This document shows, piece by piece, positions 1 through 10,217 of a stretch of 64,000 bases of DNA; positions within the stretch are counted from its first letter, which is position 1; every line of letters begins with the position of its first letter. The notes below the pieces were generated by a model. The model ran no database searches. It was not told the origin of the DNA and saw nothing but the letters and a program-made list of their open reading frames with translations. Source of the DNA: a virus. Position numbers and translations under genes: made by a program. The stretch lies in the IMG/VR virus record IMGVR_UViG_3300029210_000011; one strand, 5' to 3'.

Positions 1-1
1 T

Positions 2-124
2 GATTGTCTACAAGGATGCAAAGCTATCAAGAATGACCGTAATTGCGTGAAGATAGTAGCAGAGAAGTTTATAGACAAAGTAAATCCAAGAATAGAATTT
101 ATAATCAAGGAAGTTGAATTATAA
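2..124 (+). CDS. 3' end of an upstream gene (partial, hypothetical)
   Basis: Open frame runs from the window edge to a TAA at about 122-124; no start codon lies inside the window. Confidence 0.3.
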   Translation, partial: DCLQGCKAIKNDRNCVKIVAEKFIDKVNPRIEFIIKEVEL

Positions 125-311
125 AATAATAGACAGTTTGAAAGATACATGACAGTGATAAAAGATAGCTTTAAAGTTCCCTCAATAAAAGAAGTTGTTA
201 AAGAGATAGAGCATGTACCGAAATGTCCCCGAAGCGGGGAGATGAACATTTTGCATTTATACATGGATAGAAAGCGTTTATTTATTTCCGACAATTACAG
301 CAGTAAAGAAA

Positions 312-1238
312 ATGGTAGAAAAAGCAAAAAAGAAATCTTTCATTTTTAATGTTGAATGGCAAGAGATACTATTAGGTTACCCATCGGAGGTCAGACTTGA
401 AGTGTACGATGCAATCATTGAGTATGTTGCATCGGGGACAATTTTGGAGCTGAAACCAATGGCTAAAATGGCATTCTCCTTCATTAAAAAAGAAATAGAT
501 TACAATACCTGCAAGTACAATGATATTGTGGCAAAACGAAGCGAAGCGGGGAAAAAAGCAATGAATAAACGCTACAATAAAGATGTAACAAATCTAACAA
601 ATGATAGCAAATATAACAAATGCTATCAAGACGCAACAAATCTAACTGTTAATGATAATGTTAATGTTAATGAATCTCCTAACGGAGATAAAGTAGATGC
701 TTTTCTCCCGGAAATATCAGACAAGCCTCTGAAAGAATGTTATGAGGAATTATCCGCCAATAGTTCATGGATAGAAACCGTTGTAATAAATAAGAGGTCT
801 GCCGGACATCAGGACTTTACCCTGGAACATTTCCAGGAATATCTCAAAAAATTCTTTGAAAAACTTCAAAATGAGGGAGAAGTCCGTAAAAGCCCTAAAG
901 ACGGCATGGCTCATTTTGTTAGGTGGCTGGATATTGAACTCGGGAAGTCCAAAACGGACATGTATAAGGCGGCGAACGAACAGTTATTGTTGTCTGTCAA
1001 AGAGGACAAGAAAGGGTACTACCAATTCTTGTCGTACATCAAGAGGCAAGCTCCGTATTGTTTTTCAAATATGCGGCTGCCTACCGAGGAAGAGTTCTTG
1101 CTACTACGGGGTAAATACGGGAATGAGATGTTTAAAAGCGCATTGCGCACCATTGAAGGCAGGTCAGACATACGTTCTAAATGGGATGTCTTGTATTATG
1201 CTGTCTTAAAACAAATTGAATATCAAAATGGAAGTTAA
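312..1238 (+). CDS. phage replication initiation / replisome organiser protein (likely DnaB loader partner)
   Basis: 308-aa ORF immediately upstream of and overlapping the DnaB helicase gene; basic, K-rich composition; position is typical of a phage initiator. The nested ORF 856..1209 is treated as a shadow ORF. Confidence 0.55.
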   Translation: MVEKAKKKSFIFNVEWQEILLGYPSEVRLEVYDAIIEYVASGTILELKPMAKMAFSFIKKEIDYNTCKYNDIVAKRSEAGKKAMNKRYNKDVTNLTNDSKYNKCYQDATNLTVNDNVNVNESPNGDKVDAFLPEISDKPLKECYEELSANSSWIETVVINKRSAGHQDFTLEHFQEYLKKFFEKLQNEGEVRKSPKDGMAHFVRWLDIELGKSKTDMYKAANEQLLLSVKEDKKGYYQFLSYIKRQAPYCFSNMRLPTEEEFLLLRGKYGNEMFKSALRTIEGRSDIRSKWDVLYYAVLKQIEYQNGS

Positions 1239-2583
1239 TGTACAATTACGTGATGAGGAAGCAGAGAAAATCGTTCTCGGTACTATCATAGCAGAGCGTG
1301 ATGCCATAGAAATGGTAAGGGACATCCTAACCGAAGAATGTTTCTATAATCCGTTCCATGCGGAGATATACAAGGCGGTGCTTCAGGTTGTATCATCAGG
1401 GAATAGAGCTGACCTTGTTTTCGTAAAGGGTAAATTGGAAGAAAACGGGGTAAAGTTCGACATTGTTGAATACATGAATATTGTATCGTGTCATACATTC
1501 GACCTTTACCAATACGCTTCAAGACTTCAAGATTTACACATACGAAGGAAGTTTTATTCAATCGGACAATATCTTGTTTCCAACTCATACACTGAGGCAG
1601 AAGATATTGAAGATGTGGCAAAAAGGGTCAATGAAGATATGGCTTCATTGTTCAAATCGAGCAGTACCACCGTTTCTTCGATAAATGAAGGAATTGAAAA
1701 TGTGTACAAAATGATTAACGAGAACCTATCCGGCAGCAAGCCACTGACTGGAACACCAACAGGATTTGAGAAGATAGACGCCAAATCCGGAGGATTGCAG
1801 AAATCTGATTTGATAATCGTTGCAGGTGAAACATCGCAGGGAAAAACCTCATTGGCAGTGTCTATGATGCGAAATGCGACCTGTTCGGATGCAAAGATAG
1901 CCATGTATTCAATGGAGATGAAAAAAGAGCAAATCGCAGCTCGTATTCTCTCCATGGAAAGTGGAGTACCAGCCAATCAAATCATGTATTCGAGACTTAC
2001 CGATTCACAGATACAGGCCATTGACAAAGGGGTTGGAAATATTGCAGGGAAAAGCATATACTTTGACGACCGGAGTACATCAAACATAGACACGATTATA
2101 TCCTCTATCCGTTACATGAAGATAAAGCATGATATTGACGGTGCCGTGATTGACTACCTGCAAATATTGAATGTCAACATGAAAGGTGCTAATAAGGAGC
2201 AGCAGATGGGTGATGTAGCGAGAAGATTGAAGAACTTGGCAAAAGATTTGGATATATGGATTATCGCCCTTTCCCAATTAAACAGGGACAATCTGAATCC
2301 GGTTCCTACTCTTGCACGGCTTAGAGATAGCGGACAGATAGCGGAAGCTGCCGATGTGGTAATTCTCTTATATCGTCCGGAAGTAAAAGATAAGCCTTAT
2401 CCGGATGAATTTAAGAACGTAAGCACAAAAGGTACTGCCATGATTGATATTGCCAAAGGACGTAATATCGGATTATTGAAATTCATATGCGGATTTGACG
2501 CATCAACAACCAGATTTTACGATTTGGATTGTGTGCCAATTGGTAATATGAGTGATTCTATCCAAGAAGAACAGCCTTTCTAA
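1216..2583 (+). CDS. dnaB: replicative DNA helicase DnaB
   Basis: 455 aa; DnaB N-terminal domain (EAEKIVLGTII...); Walker A 'VAGETSQGKTSLA'; RecA-like C-terminal domain with 'IIALSQLNR'. Confidence 0.9.
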   Translation: MNIKMEVNVQLRDEEAEKIVLGTIIAERDAIEMVRDILTEECFYNPFHAEIYKAVLQVVSSGNRADLVFVKGKLEENGVKFDIVEYMNIVSCHTFDLYQYASRLQDLHIRRKFYSIGQYLVSNSYTEAEDIEDVAKRVNEDMASLFKSSSTTVSSINEGIENVYKMINENLSGSKPLTGTPTGFEKIDAKSGGLQKSDLIIVAGETSQGKTSLAVSMMRNATCSDAKIAMYSMEMKKEQIAARILSMESGVPANQIMYSRLTDSQIQAIDKGVGNIAGKSIYFDDRSTSNIDTIISSIRYMKIKHDIDGAVIDYLQILNVNMKGANKEQQMGDVARRLKNLAKDLDIWIIALSQLNRDNLNPVPTLARLRDSGQIAEAADVVILLYRPEVKDKPYPDEFKNVSTKGTAMIDIAKGRNIGLLKFICGFDASTTRFYDLDCVPIGNMSDSIQEEQPF

Positions 2584-2592
2584 CAGAACATA

Positions 2593-2751
2593 ATGGCAAA
2601 GAAAAAAGAACCCCTCTCCCCCGTCCACTGCCGCCAATGCTCATACGCCACAGACTTTATCGAGAACTCATGCTTTTGTAAAATTAGAAGCCATAGAGTG
2701 TGCGCTTGTGGCAGATACGGCAGGATATGCGAGAAATTCAAGAAAAAATGA
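2593..2751 (+). CDS. small Cys-rich zinc-ribbon protein (hand-derived, ~52 aa)
   Basis: ATG..TGA frame 'MAKKKEPLSPVHCRQCSYATDF...CACGRYGRICEKFKKK' with CxxC...CxC spacing; below the 60-aa cutoff of the ORF track. Confidence 0.4.
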   Translation: MAKKKEPLSPVHCRQCSYATDFIENSCFCKIRSHRVCACGRYGRICEKFKKK

Positions 2752-2921
2752 TTATGGACATAGGGATTGAAAAGAAAATCGAACAATTGGAGTGGCAGCG
2801 TGACAATGCAATGCGCATACGCTGCCCGTTGGTGGCAAGGAAGTATCAGCGCATGATTGATGAACTTGCAAAAGAGAGCAGAAACAAGAATATGAACAAG
2901 GCAGAACAGACAAGGCAATGA
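2749..2921 (+). CDS. small hypothetical protein
   Basis: C-terminal part of track ORF 2700..2921 starting at 'MIMDIGIEKK'; coiled-coil-like and charged. Confidence 0.35.
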
Positions 2922-3550
2922 CTACCGACACGGCAAATCAGATAATCAACAAGTATGAGAGCCTTGTAGTTCTGTGCACCTACAACATATTGCTCACGAA
3001 CGACATCTGTTGCGGGCAGGTTATCGAGTGTCTGCATGCGATGAAGAGAACGCCTTATTACAAACAGGCATTCAAGCAGTATTTGAATGATGCCGATAAG
3101 GCAAGAAAGGAATACGAGCGTACTGTAAACAGCGTTATCGGTTCAGACCGGAGCGAGTTTTTCGCTAACTGCAACGACAAGTACGCGGAAGAAGTGAACA
3201 AGCACGTGGATATGCTGTATTGGCAGTTCAAGCAGGCTCTTGACGATAACGGCATATCCCATTCCGCAGAGATTGCAAGGTTCGAGCTTGCAAGGACATT
3301 GTGTGATTACGCCTGCATCCAGTTTGACGAAAGGATTAAAGAGCTTCGGAAGAAAGATGCACGGTTCAACGGGTTCACGTTGGAATATTTGAAGCTTTCA
3401 AATGTGGCAAGGATGATGAACCTTGCTTCCGACTGTTTGAAAATCGGGAAAACGGTCAATATGAACACAGAGCGGTGCACAGCAGCGTTTGATGTGCTGG
3501 TAAGAAAGCTGTCGGATGCGGATAATATTGCCAACGCGATAAAAGTTTAG
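2918..3550 (+). CDS. hypothetical early protein
   Basis: 210-aa ORF in the co-oriented early operon; ATGA overlap with the upstream gene. Confidence 0.6.
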   Translation: MTTDTANQIINKYESLVVLCTYNILLTNDICCGQVIECLHAMKRTPYYKQAFKQYLNDADKARKEYERTVNSVIGSDRSEFFANCNDKYAEEVNKHVDMLYWQFKQALDDNGISHSAEIARFELARTLCDYACIQFDERIKELRKKDARFNGFTLEYLKLSNVARMMNLASDCLKIGKTVNMNTERCTAAFDVLVRKLSDADNIANAIKV

Positions 3551-3705
3551 TGAAATGAAACCTATTTATAACCTTATAACCCTCCTCATGGACTGGCTTT
3601 CGGTAGAGGTCGGAGCGGATGAAGAGTGGTTCTAAATCAAGACATCATGGTGCAAAATGTGTGTTTCGGAAGACAATCGGGAACGGAATAAAAGAAATAG
3701 AGTAA

Positions 3706-4512
3706 ATGGATAAGAAAGAACAACAATCAATAGACTTCCTTCGAAGTATATATCAGGATAAGCCTCTAAATCTTGGCTTTTCAGGTGGAAAAGATAGCGT
3801 CGTCATACTTGACCTTGCCGAACGTGCGGGCATTGTATATGATGCAATATATGCCAATACTACAGTAGACCCACCCGGAACAATCAACTTTATAAAGAAA
3901 AACTATCCACAAGTTCAGATAATGCACCCAAAGAAATCTTTCTTTAAGCTGATTGAGGAGAAAGGTTTCCCCTCTCGTTTACGTCGGTTCTGCTGCGAGG
4001 AGTTAAAAGAACGGTATGGCATTGGGAAAAGAAGCATTGAGGGCATGAGGGCTTCGGAAAGTAGAAACCGGAAAGATTATGAACCAGAACAGTGTGACAC
4101 CCGTAAGTGGATGAAAGGCGCCAAACATATTCTTCCTATTCTTACATGGTCGGAAGAAGATGTTTGGAGCTATATCCGAAAATACGGATTGCCATATTCA
4201 AAGTATTATGACGCTCCATATAATTTGAGCCGTCACGGTTGTGTCGGCTGTCCTCTCTGCAATTACAAGCAGATGCAATTAGAGTTTAAGATGTTTCCCG
4301 GTTATGCCCAAAGAGTGATAATAGCCGTTGAAAGATATATGAACACTCACCCTAATGGTTTTCTTGCTCGCAATTTTGCGGATGGCTATGAGGCATTCTA
4401 TTACTATATCAATGAAGTTTCTATTGCGGATTTTCACGAGCAAAAGAAAGGCTTATTCGGCTTTAATGCAAAGAAAATCATTGAAAGGGAAATATTAAAT
4501 CGAAGAACATGA
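3706..4512 (+). CDS. phosphoadenosine-phosphosulfate (PAPS) reductase-like PP-loop ATPase
   Basis: N-terminal PP-loop 'LGFSGGKDS'; Cys-rich C-terminus 'CVGCPLC'; this family is common in phages. Confidence 0.8.
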   Translation: MDKKEQQSIDFLRSIYQDKPLNLGFSGGKDSVVILDLAERAGIVYDAIYANTTVDPPGTINFIKKNYPQVQIMHPKKSFFKLIEEKGFPSRLRRFCCEELKERYGIGKRSIEGMRASESRNRKDYEPEQCDTRKWMKGAKHILPILTWSEEDVWSYIRKYGLPYSKYYDAPYNLSRHGCVGCPLCNYKQMQLEFKMFPGYAQRVIIAVERYMNTHPNGFLARNFADGYEAFYYYINEVSIADFHEQKKGLFGFNAKKIIEREILNRRT

Positions 4513-4669
4513 AGAAAAGAATAGAAAAAAAGATGCAGAAGCACCCGCACAGATACAAATTGCATCAGTATTTGAAGTATGCCCGCCAATGGTGTTTCGC
4601 TCTGGCATATAAGGGTAAACGATACACGTTGTTAGACGATGGTAGAATTGAAAAGGAGAACAGTTAATT

Positions 4670-4843
4670 ATGAAGCATTTAATTGATGCCATTATAAAGA
4701 AATTATTCTGTTGCCACGAGTGGGAATACTTATTTGAGAGGAGAGTTGAAGTTGTTGATGATTGGGGCGATAGAAGTTGGTACACCGTCCGTCACTATTT
4801 CTGCAAGAAGTGTGGTAAATATAAGAAAATTAAAAGTCATTGA
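4670..4843 (+). CDS. small zinc-finger-like protein (hand-derived, 57 aa)
   Basis: 'MKHLIDAIIKKLFCCHEWEY...RHYFCKKCGKYKKIKSH' with CCHxW...CxxC motifs. Confidence 0.35.
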   Translation: MKHLIDAIIKKLFCCHEWEYLFERRVEVVDDWGDRSWYTVRHYFCKKCGKYKKIKSH

Positions 4844-4970
4844 TTATGAAGCAGACAACTATCCCCGCTTTTAAATACTGGCTCCGGATACACGGCTTTC
4901 GCTTAGAACGGTTCGGTACTGGAACAAAAAACAATCCAATCAAGATTAAATCAAGAAAAAGAAATAATAT

Positions 4971-5153
4971 ATGAAACAGACAATAAAAGAAGCAGCAAGG
5001 GAAGCAATTCATAAGCATTATAATTGTAATGGAACCTATCCATGTTCAGAACGTGAATATTGCGAACATTGTAACGGTCATAATACAGCATTCGATTGTT
5101 GCGAATGTGGTGCAGATGAATTTAAAGAAGGATTTATTGCCGGTGCGAACTGA
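4971..5153 (+). CDS. small Cys-rich hypothetical protein
   Basis: 60 aa with several CxxC/CxxH pairs. Confidence 0.4.
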   Translation: MKQTIKEAAREAIHKHYNCNGTYPCSEREYCEHCNGHNTAFDCCECGADEFKEGFIAGAN

Positions 5154-5165
5154 CATATCAACAGC

Positions 5166-5408
5166 GTGTGGCACAAGACTAAAGATGAAGTGCCACAAGC
5201 TCATGGAGAATACAAAAATGAACATTATCCGCAGATACCATGCCTTGTATATGGGAAATTAAGCACTGGAACTGATTACGGTGTCCGCTATTGGAATGTA
5301 ACAGAGCAGTGTTGGGACGATGAAGAGTGTGATGATTACGAGTGTTCCAAAGATGCCATTGAAGAATGGGCGTATTTGGATGATTTAATACCTAATAAAA
5401 AGCAATGA
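5166..5408 (+). CDS. hypothetical early protein
   Basis: 80-aa acidic ORF in the early operon. Confidence 0.45.
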   Translation: MWHKTKDEVPQAHGEYKNEHYPQIPCLVYGKLSTGTDYGVRYWNVTEQCWDDEECDDYECSKDAIEEWAYLDDLIPNKKQ

Positions 5409-5794
5409 TTATGAAATCAAAACAAGTATTATCAGTCGAGCAGATGAAACATTTGCAGGAGCTTGGACTGAGTACAAGCGATGGAAGCATGTGTTTCGAG
5501 TGGAATGAATCAGATGCAGACAACATGGTTGTAACCTCTCCGGATGCCGATACAAATTACGACTATTATCATGAAACTTACACTTTGCAAGATATTATTC
5601 ACAATCTGCCTTGCTTCATCGGCAATAAAGTGCTGACCATCCAAAAACTTGCAGATAGCTATACATGCTTATATATGGAACCTTATTCTGGGTCAATGAC
5701 AAATATTACAGAAAGTAAAGAACTCATTGACGCAGCCTACGAGATGCTGTGCTGGTGTATTGAAAACGGATATGTTGAAAAGGAGGGTAAATAA
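5405..5794 (+). CDS. hypothetical early protein
   Basis: 129 aa; ATGA-type overlap with the upstream gene. Confidence 0.55.
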   Translation: MIMKSKQVLSVEQMKHLQELGLSTSDGSMCFEWNESDADNMVVTSPDADTNYDYYHETYTLQDIIHNLPCFIGNKVLTIQKLADSYTCLYMEPYSGSMTNITESKELIDAAYEMLCWCIENGYVEKEGK

Positions 5795-6132
5795 TGAAAG
5801 CGAGAATAAAAGAGACTGGAGAAATTATCAATATTTCTGATTACGCACGTGCCACACTTGATAAGTGTGATAGTTACGGGAGCCCTATTGAATTAAGTTT
5901 TGATGAGGTTGAAATACTTCAAGAAAGGTCTGATAATATTGATTGGGAACAGAGGCGTTACGAACTGGCGAAAGCTGCCATGCAAGGAATACTAAGCAAT
6001 GAAGAAGAAGTTGGTTATGCCTGTTCCGGAGCAACATATAAAGAAAACGAGAAACATACAGTACCTAAAGCTGTTGCTCAATTTGCTATTGCTTGCGCCG
6101 ATGTGCTAATTAATGAATTGAAAGGAAAATAA
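5794..6132 (+). CDS. hypothetical early protein
   Basis: 112 aa; translationally coupled (start overlaps the upstream stop). Confidence 0.55.
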   Translation: MKARIKETGEIINISDYARATLDKCDSYGSPIELSFDEVEILQERSDNIDWEQRRYELAKAAMQGILSNEEEVGYACSGATYKENEKHTVPKAVAQFAIACADVLINELKGK

Positions 6133-6134
6133 TC

Positions 6135-6323
6135 ATGGATATAGAAGAAGCAAAAAACAAGAAAGCGAAAGCCGAAATGGAGATAGCTCATATTTTGGAA
6201 AAACTTGAAGCCGAGACAAGCATGAATGTTAATGTTATATATCCGGTACGGCAATATGCAGAGTCGAAACTAACAGTCGAACCCGCAGGGCACATAAAAG
6301 TGAGTATAACTTTAACGCTATAA
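6135..6323 (+). CDS. hypothetical small protein
   Basis: 62-aa coiled-coil-like ORF. Confidence 0.45.
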   Translation: MDIEEAKNKKAKAEMEIAHILEKLEAETSMNVNVIYPVRQYAESKLTVEPAGHIKVSITLTL

Positions 6324-6327
6324 GTTA

Positions 6328-6500
6328 TGGAACGATATAGGATTATACAAGGTCAGGGATATAACGGTTGTATCCCTATAACAGTATATTGGGTTCAGGT
6401 ACGAGAAGATGGCTTATTTTCTGATAAATGGAGAAACATAAAAGGCTTTGATACATATAAAAGAGCGAAAGAATTACTTGAAATTTTGAAAGGGAAATAA
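6328..6500 (+). CDS. hypothetical small protein (hand-derived, ~57 aa)
   Basis: 'MERYRIIQGQGYNGCIPITVYWVQVREDG...'; fills the gap between track ORFs. Confidence 0.35.
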
Positions 6501-6502
6501 CC

Positions 6503-6718
6503 ATGGAAATAAAGAACGTAGGACAACTTAGAAAAATAATTGAGAATCTTTCCGATGATTACGAAATAGAGATGCGTGTCAGACGCAAATTAACGGATGA
6601 AGAATTGAAAAATTGCAGATACCCTTATCCTTACGATACAGAGTATTTAATTCTTGAATTTGATGATATAGGTGTGTCTGACAAAGTATTATGTTTGGGT
6701 GTAACTTCTAATAGATGA
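6503..6718 (+). CDS. hypothetical small protein
   Basis: 71 aa. Confidence 0.45.
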   Translation: MEIKNVGQLRKIIENLSDDYEIEMRVRRKLTDEELKNCRYPYPYDTEYLILEFDDIGVSDKVLCLGVTSNR

Positions 6719-6921
6719 ACGGTATGAAAGTAAATAACGGAATAATAATAGACGGAGTGCTGCATGAAGCGGTACAAGATAATATTCATTGCGCCTCATG
6801 CTCTCTGTACGAGAAATGCGCAGAGGTGAACTACACAGCATGTATAACCGATTTGTTTAGCTGTGGCGGTTTTATCAATCGTGGCAAAGTGACAGATATT
6901 AAGATAGATAAGGAGGAGTGA
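6715..6921 (+). CDS. small Cys-rich hypothetical protein
   Basis: 68 aa with 'CASCSLYEKC...C...C'. Confidence 0.45.
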   Translation: MNGMKVNNGIIIDGVLHEAVQDNIHCASCSLYEKCAEVNYTACITDLFSCGGFINRGKVTDIKIDKEE

Positions 6922-6924
6922 ACT

Positions 6925-7326
6925 ATGACCGAAGAACTTGTGACATTAGAGACTGCGAAGCTGCTGAAAGAGAAAGGTTTCAATTGGAAGTGTGAACACA
7001 TAATAGGCTGCAATAAGGTTATTACAAAATATGACCTTCCGCAAAGTATGTCGTGTTGTACGGAAATAGATGACGAACCAGTTGAATTTTTGTGTCCAGT
7101 ATTGTATATCGCCCAAAAGTGGCTGCGTGAAATAAGAGGTGTGTATGTATATGTAGAACCTGTTATTGGGAAAAGATGGAAGCTTTCTTTTTGTGATTTC
7201 AATGTTCCAACAGAAGAAAGCGACTGGATGGAGAACGAAATAAACAAAGGGAATGGCTATAAAGTATATGACACCTACGAGGAAGCACTGGAAGCCGGGA
7301 TACAAGAAGCGTTAAAACTTATATGA
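6925..7326 (+). CDS. hypothetical early protein
   Basis: 133 aa. Confidence 0.55.
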   Translation: MTEELVTLETAKLLKEKGFNWKCEHIIGCNKVITKYDLPQSMSCCTEIDDEPVEFLCPVLYIAQKWLREIRGVYVYVEPVIGKRWKLSFCDFNVPTEESDWMENEINKGNGYKVYDTYEEALEAGIQEALKLI

Positions 7327-7739
7327 GAATGGACCCTGTTGTAAATGATGCTTATAGGCTTAGAAAACTTTTAGAAAAAGCAACGGGGCTAAAAGTATAT
7401 AAGTCGGAACTAATAGCCAACTATTTTAATGGCTATCTAAGTATAGTACAAGAGTATAAGAATGAAACCAATCCGCACATTACAGTAGCACAAGGTAGCT
7501 GGTCGATAGAAAACGGTGGGGAGTATAAAATTTCACTCTATACACCTACAATCGTTATTAAAGGCAAGAGGATACTTAATACTCGTTTTGTAAAAGATGT
7601 AGCCTATAAGATAGTGGAAGCATTAAATGATGAATTTGGGGAAGATAATTGGAATACGTGCAATGAGGAGCAAAAGTGTTGGCTTCCCATGTCTCGAAAC
7701 TCTTTCTATTTACAAATCCCAAATTTTGAGAAATATTAA
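7323..7739 (+). CDS. hypothetical early protein
   Basis: 138 aa; overlaps the upstream stop. Confidence 0.55.
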   Translation: MRMDPVVNDAYRLRKLLEKATGLKVYKSELIANYFNGYLSIVQEYKNETNPHITVAQGSWSIENGGEYKISLYTPTIVIKGKRILNTRFVKDVAYKIVEALNDEFGEDNWNTCNEEQKCWLPMSRNSFYLQIPNFEKY

Positions 7740-7746
7740 AACTTAT

Positions 7747-8340
7747 ATGATTATGAGCAAAGGAATTTACACAAAAGAAAATGTAGGTAATGGTGTATTC
7801 ATCTTTACCGTCAATAAGAATTTTGTAAAACCTAAATTTTGGGGACTGCATGAAGAAAACGAACAGGCACAATGTGCAGTTATTATCCATGATGGCAATG
7901 CTTTATTCTTCTATCCGGAAGATATGGATAATGATACCCATATTCTTCTTGATTGGGAGAAAGAGCAAACAGGAAAGATATATCCAACCACAGAAGAAGG
8001 CATGAAGGATACCGATGGAATAGGCAATACCAAAGCATTGGCTGCATCCGGAAGCGAAATTGCTGAGAAAGTCATAGCATTGGACTTATGTGGATTAAGT
8101 TGGCGCATTCCTACACTACAAGAGAGTGTCTTAGGGTATGAACATAAGGTTATGCTGAATGCAGCCTTAGCTATCTGCGGAAAACAACCAGTGAAAGATG
8201 ACTGGTATTGGTGTTCTACGAGAAAAGGAAACAAACGCAATTTTATTCTCAGTTGGGGCGACGGTTTTAGATACGACAACATTCAGGACAGTGACGATTG
8301 GGTTCGCCCCGTGTCCGCTGCCTCTCTTAATTCACTTTAA
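7747..8340 (+). CDS. DUF1566 (Lcl C-terminal)-like protein
   Basis: The track ORF 7627..8340 overlaps the previous gene; the likely start is the internal 'MIMSKGIY' ATG. Motif 'WRIPTLQESVLGYEH' resembles the DUF1566 'WRLPTxxEL' signature. Confidence 0.5.
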   Translation: MIMSKGIYTKENVGNGVFIFTVNKNFVKPKFWGLHEENEQAQCAVIIHDGNALFFYPEDMDNDTHILLDWEKEQTGKIYPTTEEGMKDTDGIGNTKALAASGSEIAEKVIALDLCGLSWRIPTLQESVLGYEHKVMLNAALAICGKQPVKDDWYWCSTRKGNKRNFILSWGDGFRYDNIQDSDDWVRPVSAASLNSL

Positions 8341-8348
8341 CCTTATAA

Positions 8349-8627
8349 ATGATTACAACTATGGCAAAAGTATTTATAACAAAGTATGCCTTAACAGAAG
8401 GTATTAAAGAGATAGAAACAGATATTATTAGAAGTAGATTTGAAGATAGAGAATATGTAAGGGATGGTTTATGTTCTTACTTCCGTATAGGGGAAAACGC
8501 ATTCACCGATAAATCCGAAGCGTTGAAAAAGGCGGAAGAAATGAAGATTAGGAAAATCGCTTCTCTTCGTAAGCAGATGGAGAAACTTGAGAAATTATCT
8601 TTTAAAGTAGAGGAGAAACAGCAATGA
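8349..8627 (+). CDS. hypothetical protein
   Basis: 92 aa, charged C-terminal coiled coil. Confidence 0.45.
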   Translation: MITTMAKVFITKYALTEGIKEIETDIIRSRFEDREYVRDGLCSYFRIGENAFTDKSEALKKAEEMKIRKIASLRKQMEKLEKLSFKVEEKQQ

Positions 8628-9310
8628 AGAAGATAATGTTCAATGATAAATACAGTCTAACCCAGGCTGTATTGGATGGTCGGAAGACTATGACGAGAAG
8701 GGTCTGCAAGTATGACAGACCAAATGAAACTTATGATATTGTATTCCCCGTTTTTGAACCAAATGATTACGATAATGACGGAAACATAGTATCTCCATTA
8801 AATTATGCTTTTGGTTGGAAAAACGACAAAGGAGACTTTACGGGTTGGAATATTCCAAAATATAAAGTCGGTGAAGTTGTTGCCATTGCGCAATGTTACA
8901 AAAGTTTAGGTATGAATCCCGAAATCACACTTCATGATAAAGACGGAATAGGATTTTATACTAAAACAAAATTTGCACCCGGTTGGAAAAACAAGTTATT
9001 TGTCCGCGCTGACTTCATGCCCCATCACATCCGTATTACCAACATCAAAATCCAAAGGCTTCAAGAAATCTCTAACGAAGACTGCTTGAAAGAAGGAATA
9101 ATAAAAACTATTCATAAGTCCGCTGACGGTGAATGGGGAAGATATTATTGGCATCATGGAGTTACGCGTTCCAATTGTCCTTATGGGCAATACAAGGAAT
9201 ATAGTAATCCATTAGAAGCTTTTGCATCCTTAATAGATTGCGTTTCTGGCAAGGGTACGTTTAAGAGTAATCCCTATGTCTTCGTTTATGAATTTGAACT
9301 GATTGATTAA
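8624..9310 (+). CDS. ASCH-domain-like protein
   Basis: N-terminus 'MKKIMFNDKYSLTQAVLDGRKTMTRR' matches the ASCH-fold beta-barrel start motif seen in phage ASCH proteins. Confidence 0.5.
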   Translation: MKKIMFNDKYSLTQAVLDGRKTMTRRVCKYDRPNETYDIVFPVFEPNDYDNDGNIVSPLNYAFGWKNDKGDFTGWNIPKYKVGEVVAIAQCYKSLGMNPEITLHDKDGIGFYTKTKFAPGWKNKLFVRADFMPHHIRITNIKIQRLQEISNEDCLKEGIIKTIHKSADGEWGRYYWHHGVTRSNCPYGQYKEYSNPLEAFASLIDCVSGKGTFKSNPYVFVYEFELID

Positions 9311-9325
9311 AAACGAGAAAAGATA

Positions 9326-9733
9326 TTGATTATGAAACGTGAAATAAAATTCAGAGGGAAAAGTACTGATACGGGGAAATGGATATATGGATTTCTCTCT
9401 TTTTTCTATACTGCCGGAAGGAACGAAAACGGACTTATCCTCACAGACAAGGCAAAGATATATTCTCCGGAAGACTGCCGGTGCGATGACGTATGGGCTG
9501 AAACTGTTGGGCAGTTCACCGGCTTATGTGATAAGAACGGTGAAGAAATATACGAAGGTGATATTGTTGAATGCAACGGAGATATATGCAAGGTTATGTA
9601 CAGTAATCATTATGCCGGATTTGCGCTTGATAAAAAAGGTTGGCTATATCTCCACTTCTTTGGAGAAGCATTTAGTAATAAAGATTGTCTTGTTATTGGC
9701 AACATACACGATAACATTGAGTTATTGAAATAA
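9326..9733 (+). CDS. YopX-family phage protein
   Basis: 'IKFRGKSTDTGKWIYGF...GEEIYEGDIVE...' is the characteristic YopX architecture. Confidence 0.75.
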   Translation: MIMKREIKFRGKSTDTGKWIYGFLSFFYTAGRNENGLILTDKAKIYSPEDCRCDDVWAETVGQFTGLCDKNGEEIYEGDIVECNGDICKVMYSNHYAGFALDKKGWLYLHFFGEAFSNKDCLVIGNIHDNIELLK

Positions 9734-9740
9734 AACAACC

Positions 9741-10217
9741 ATGAGTAAATACATGAATTGGGAACTCTATGATAAACCGCCTGAAGGCTTCTCCATTGAC
9801 AAGCATACTGGTTCTCCTTTGACCGGATACGACTTTTACACAAACGGGAAAAGCGTCTTAAACGGAGGAGTAAGAATTCTTGTAAAAGCTATGAATGTTC
9901 ATGTTAACAACATAACAGACAACCATCACCCCGTGAAAAAATCTATCCCCAATAGCAAAGAACCTAAACAAGACCCGATGATTAACCGTAATGTGCGTCA
10001 ACGGGTAAATGTCTTTGCACGCGAGAGGTTTAAAGTAAAGCTGCTACAAGAAATAGAATTTGATTTAATGGTGTGTCAACTCGAAGGCTGGAGCATGGAA
10101 AGCTACGTCAATGAGCTTAAGCAATTGATTGATGATGTTTATCGGAGAATGGTTAAGACAAAGAAAAGGAATAGCAAGACTATCAGTAACCCAAAACTTG
10201 AATTTAAAGATGAATGA
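9741..10217 (+). CDS. hypothetical protein
   Basis: 158 aa. Confidence 0.5.
   Translation: MSKYMNWELYDKPPEGFSIDKHTGSPLTGYDFYTNGKSVLNGGVRILVKAMNVHVNNITDNHHPVKKSIPNSKEPKQDPMINRNVRQRVNVFARERFKVKLLQEIEFDLMVCQLEGWSMESYVNELKQLIDDVYRRMVKTKKRNSKTISNPKLEFKDE

Noticed and set aside
856-1209. ORF 856..1209 (+) nested in a different frame within the replication initiator gene.
   Set aside because: Arg/Cys-rich unlikely translation, entirely inside a 308-aa ORF with a coherent product.
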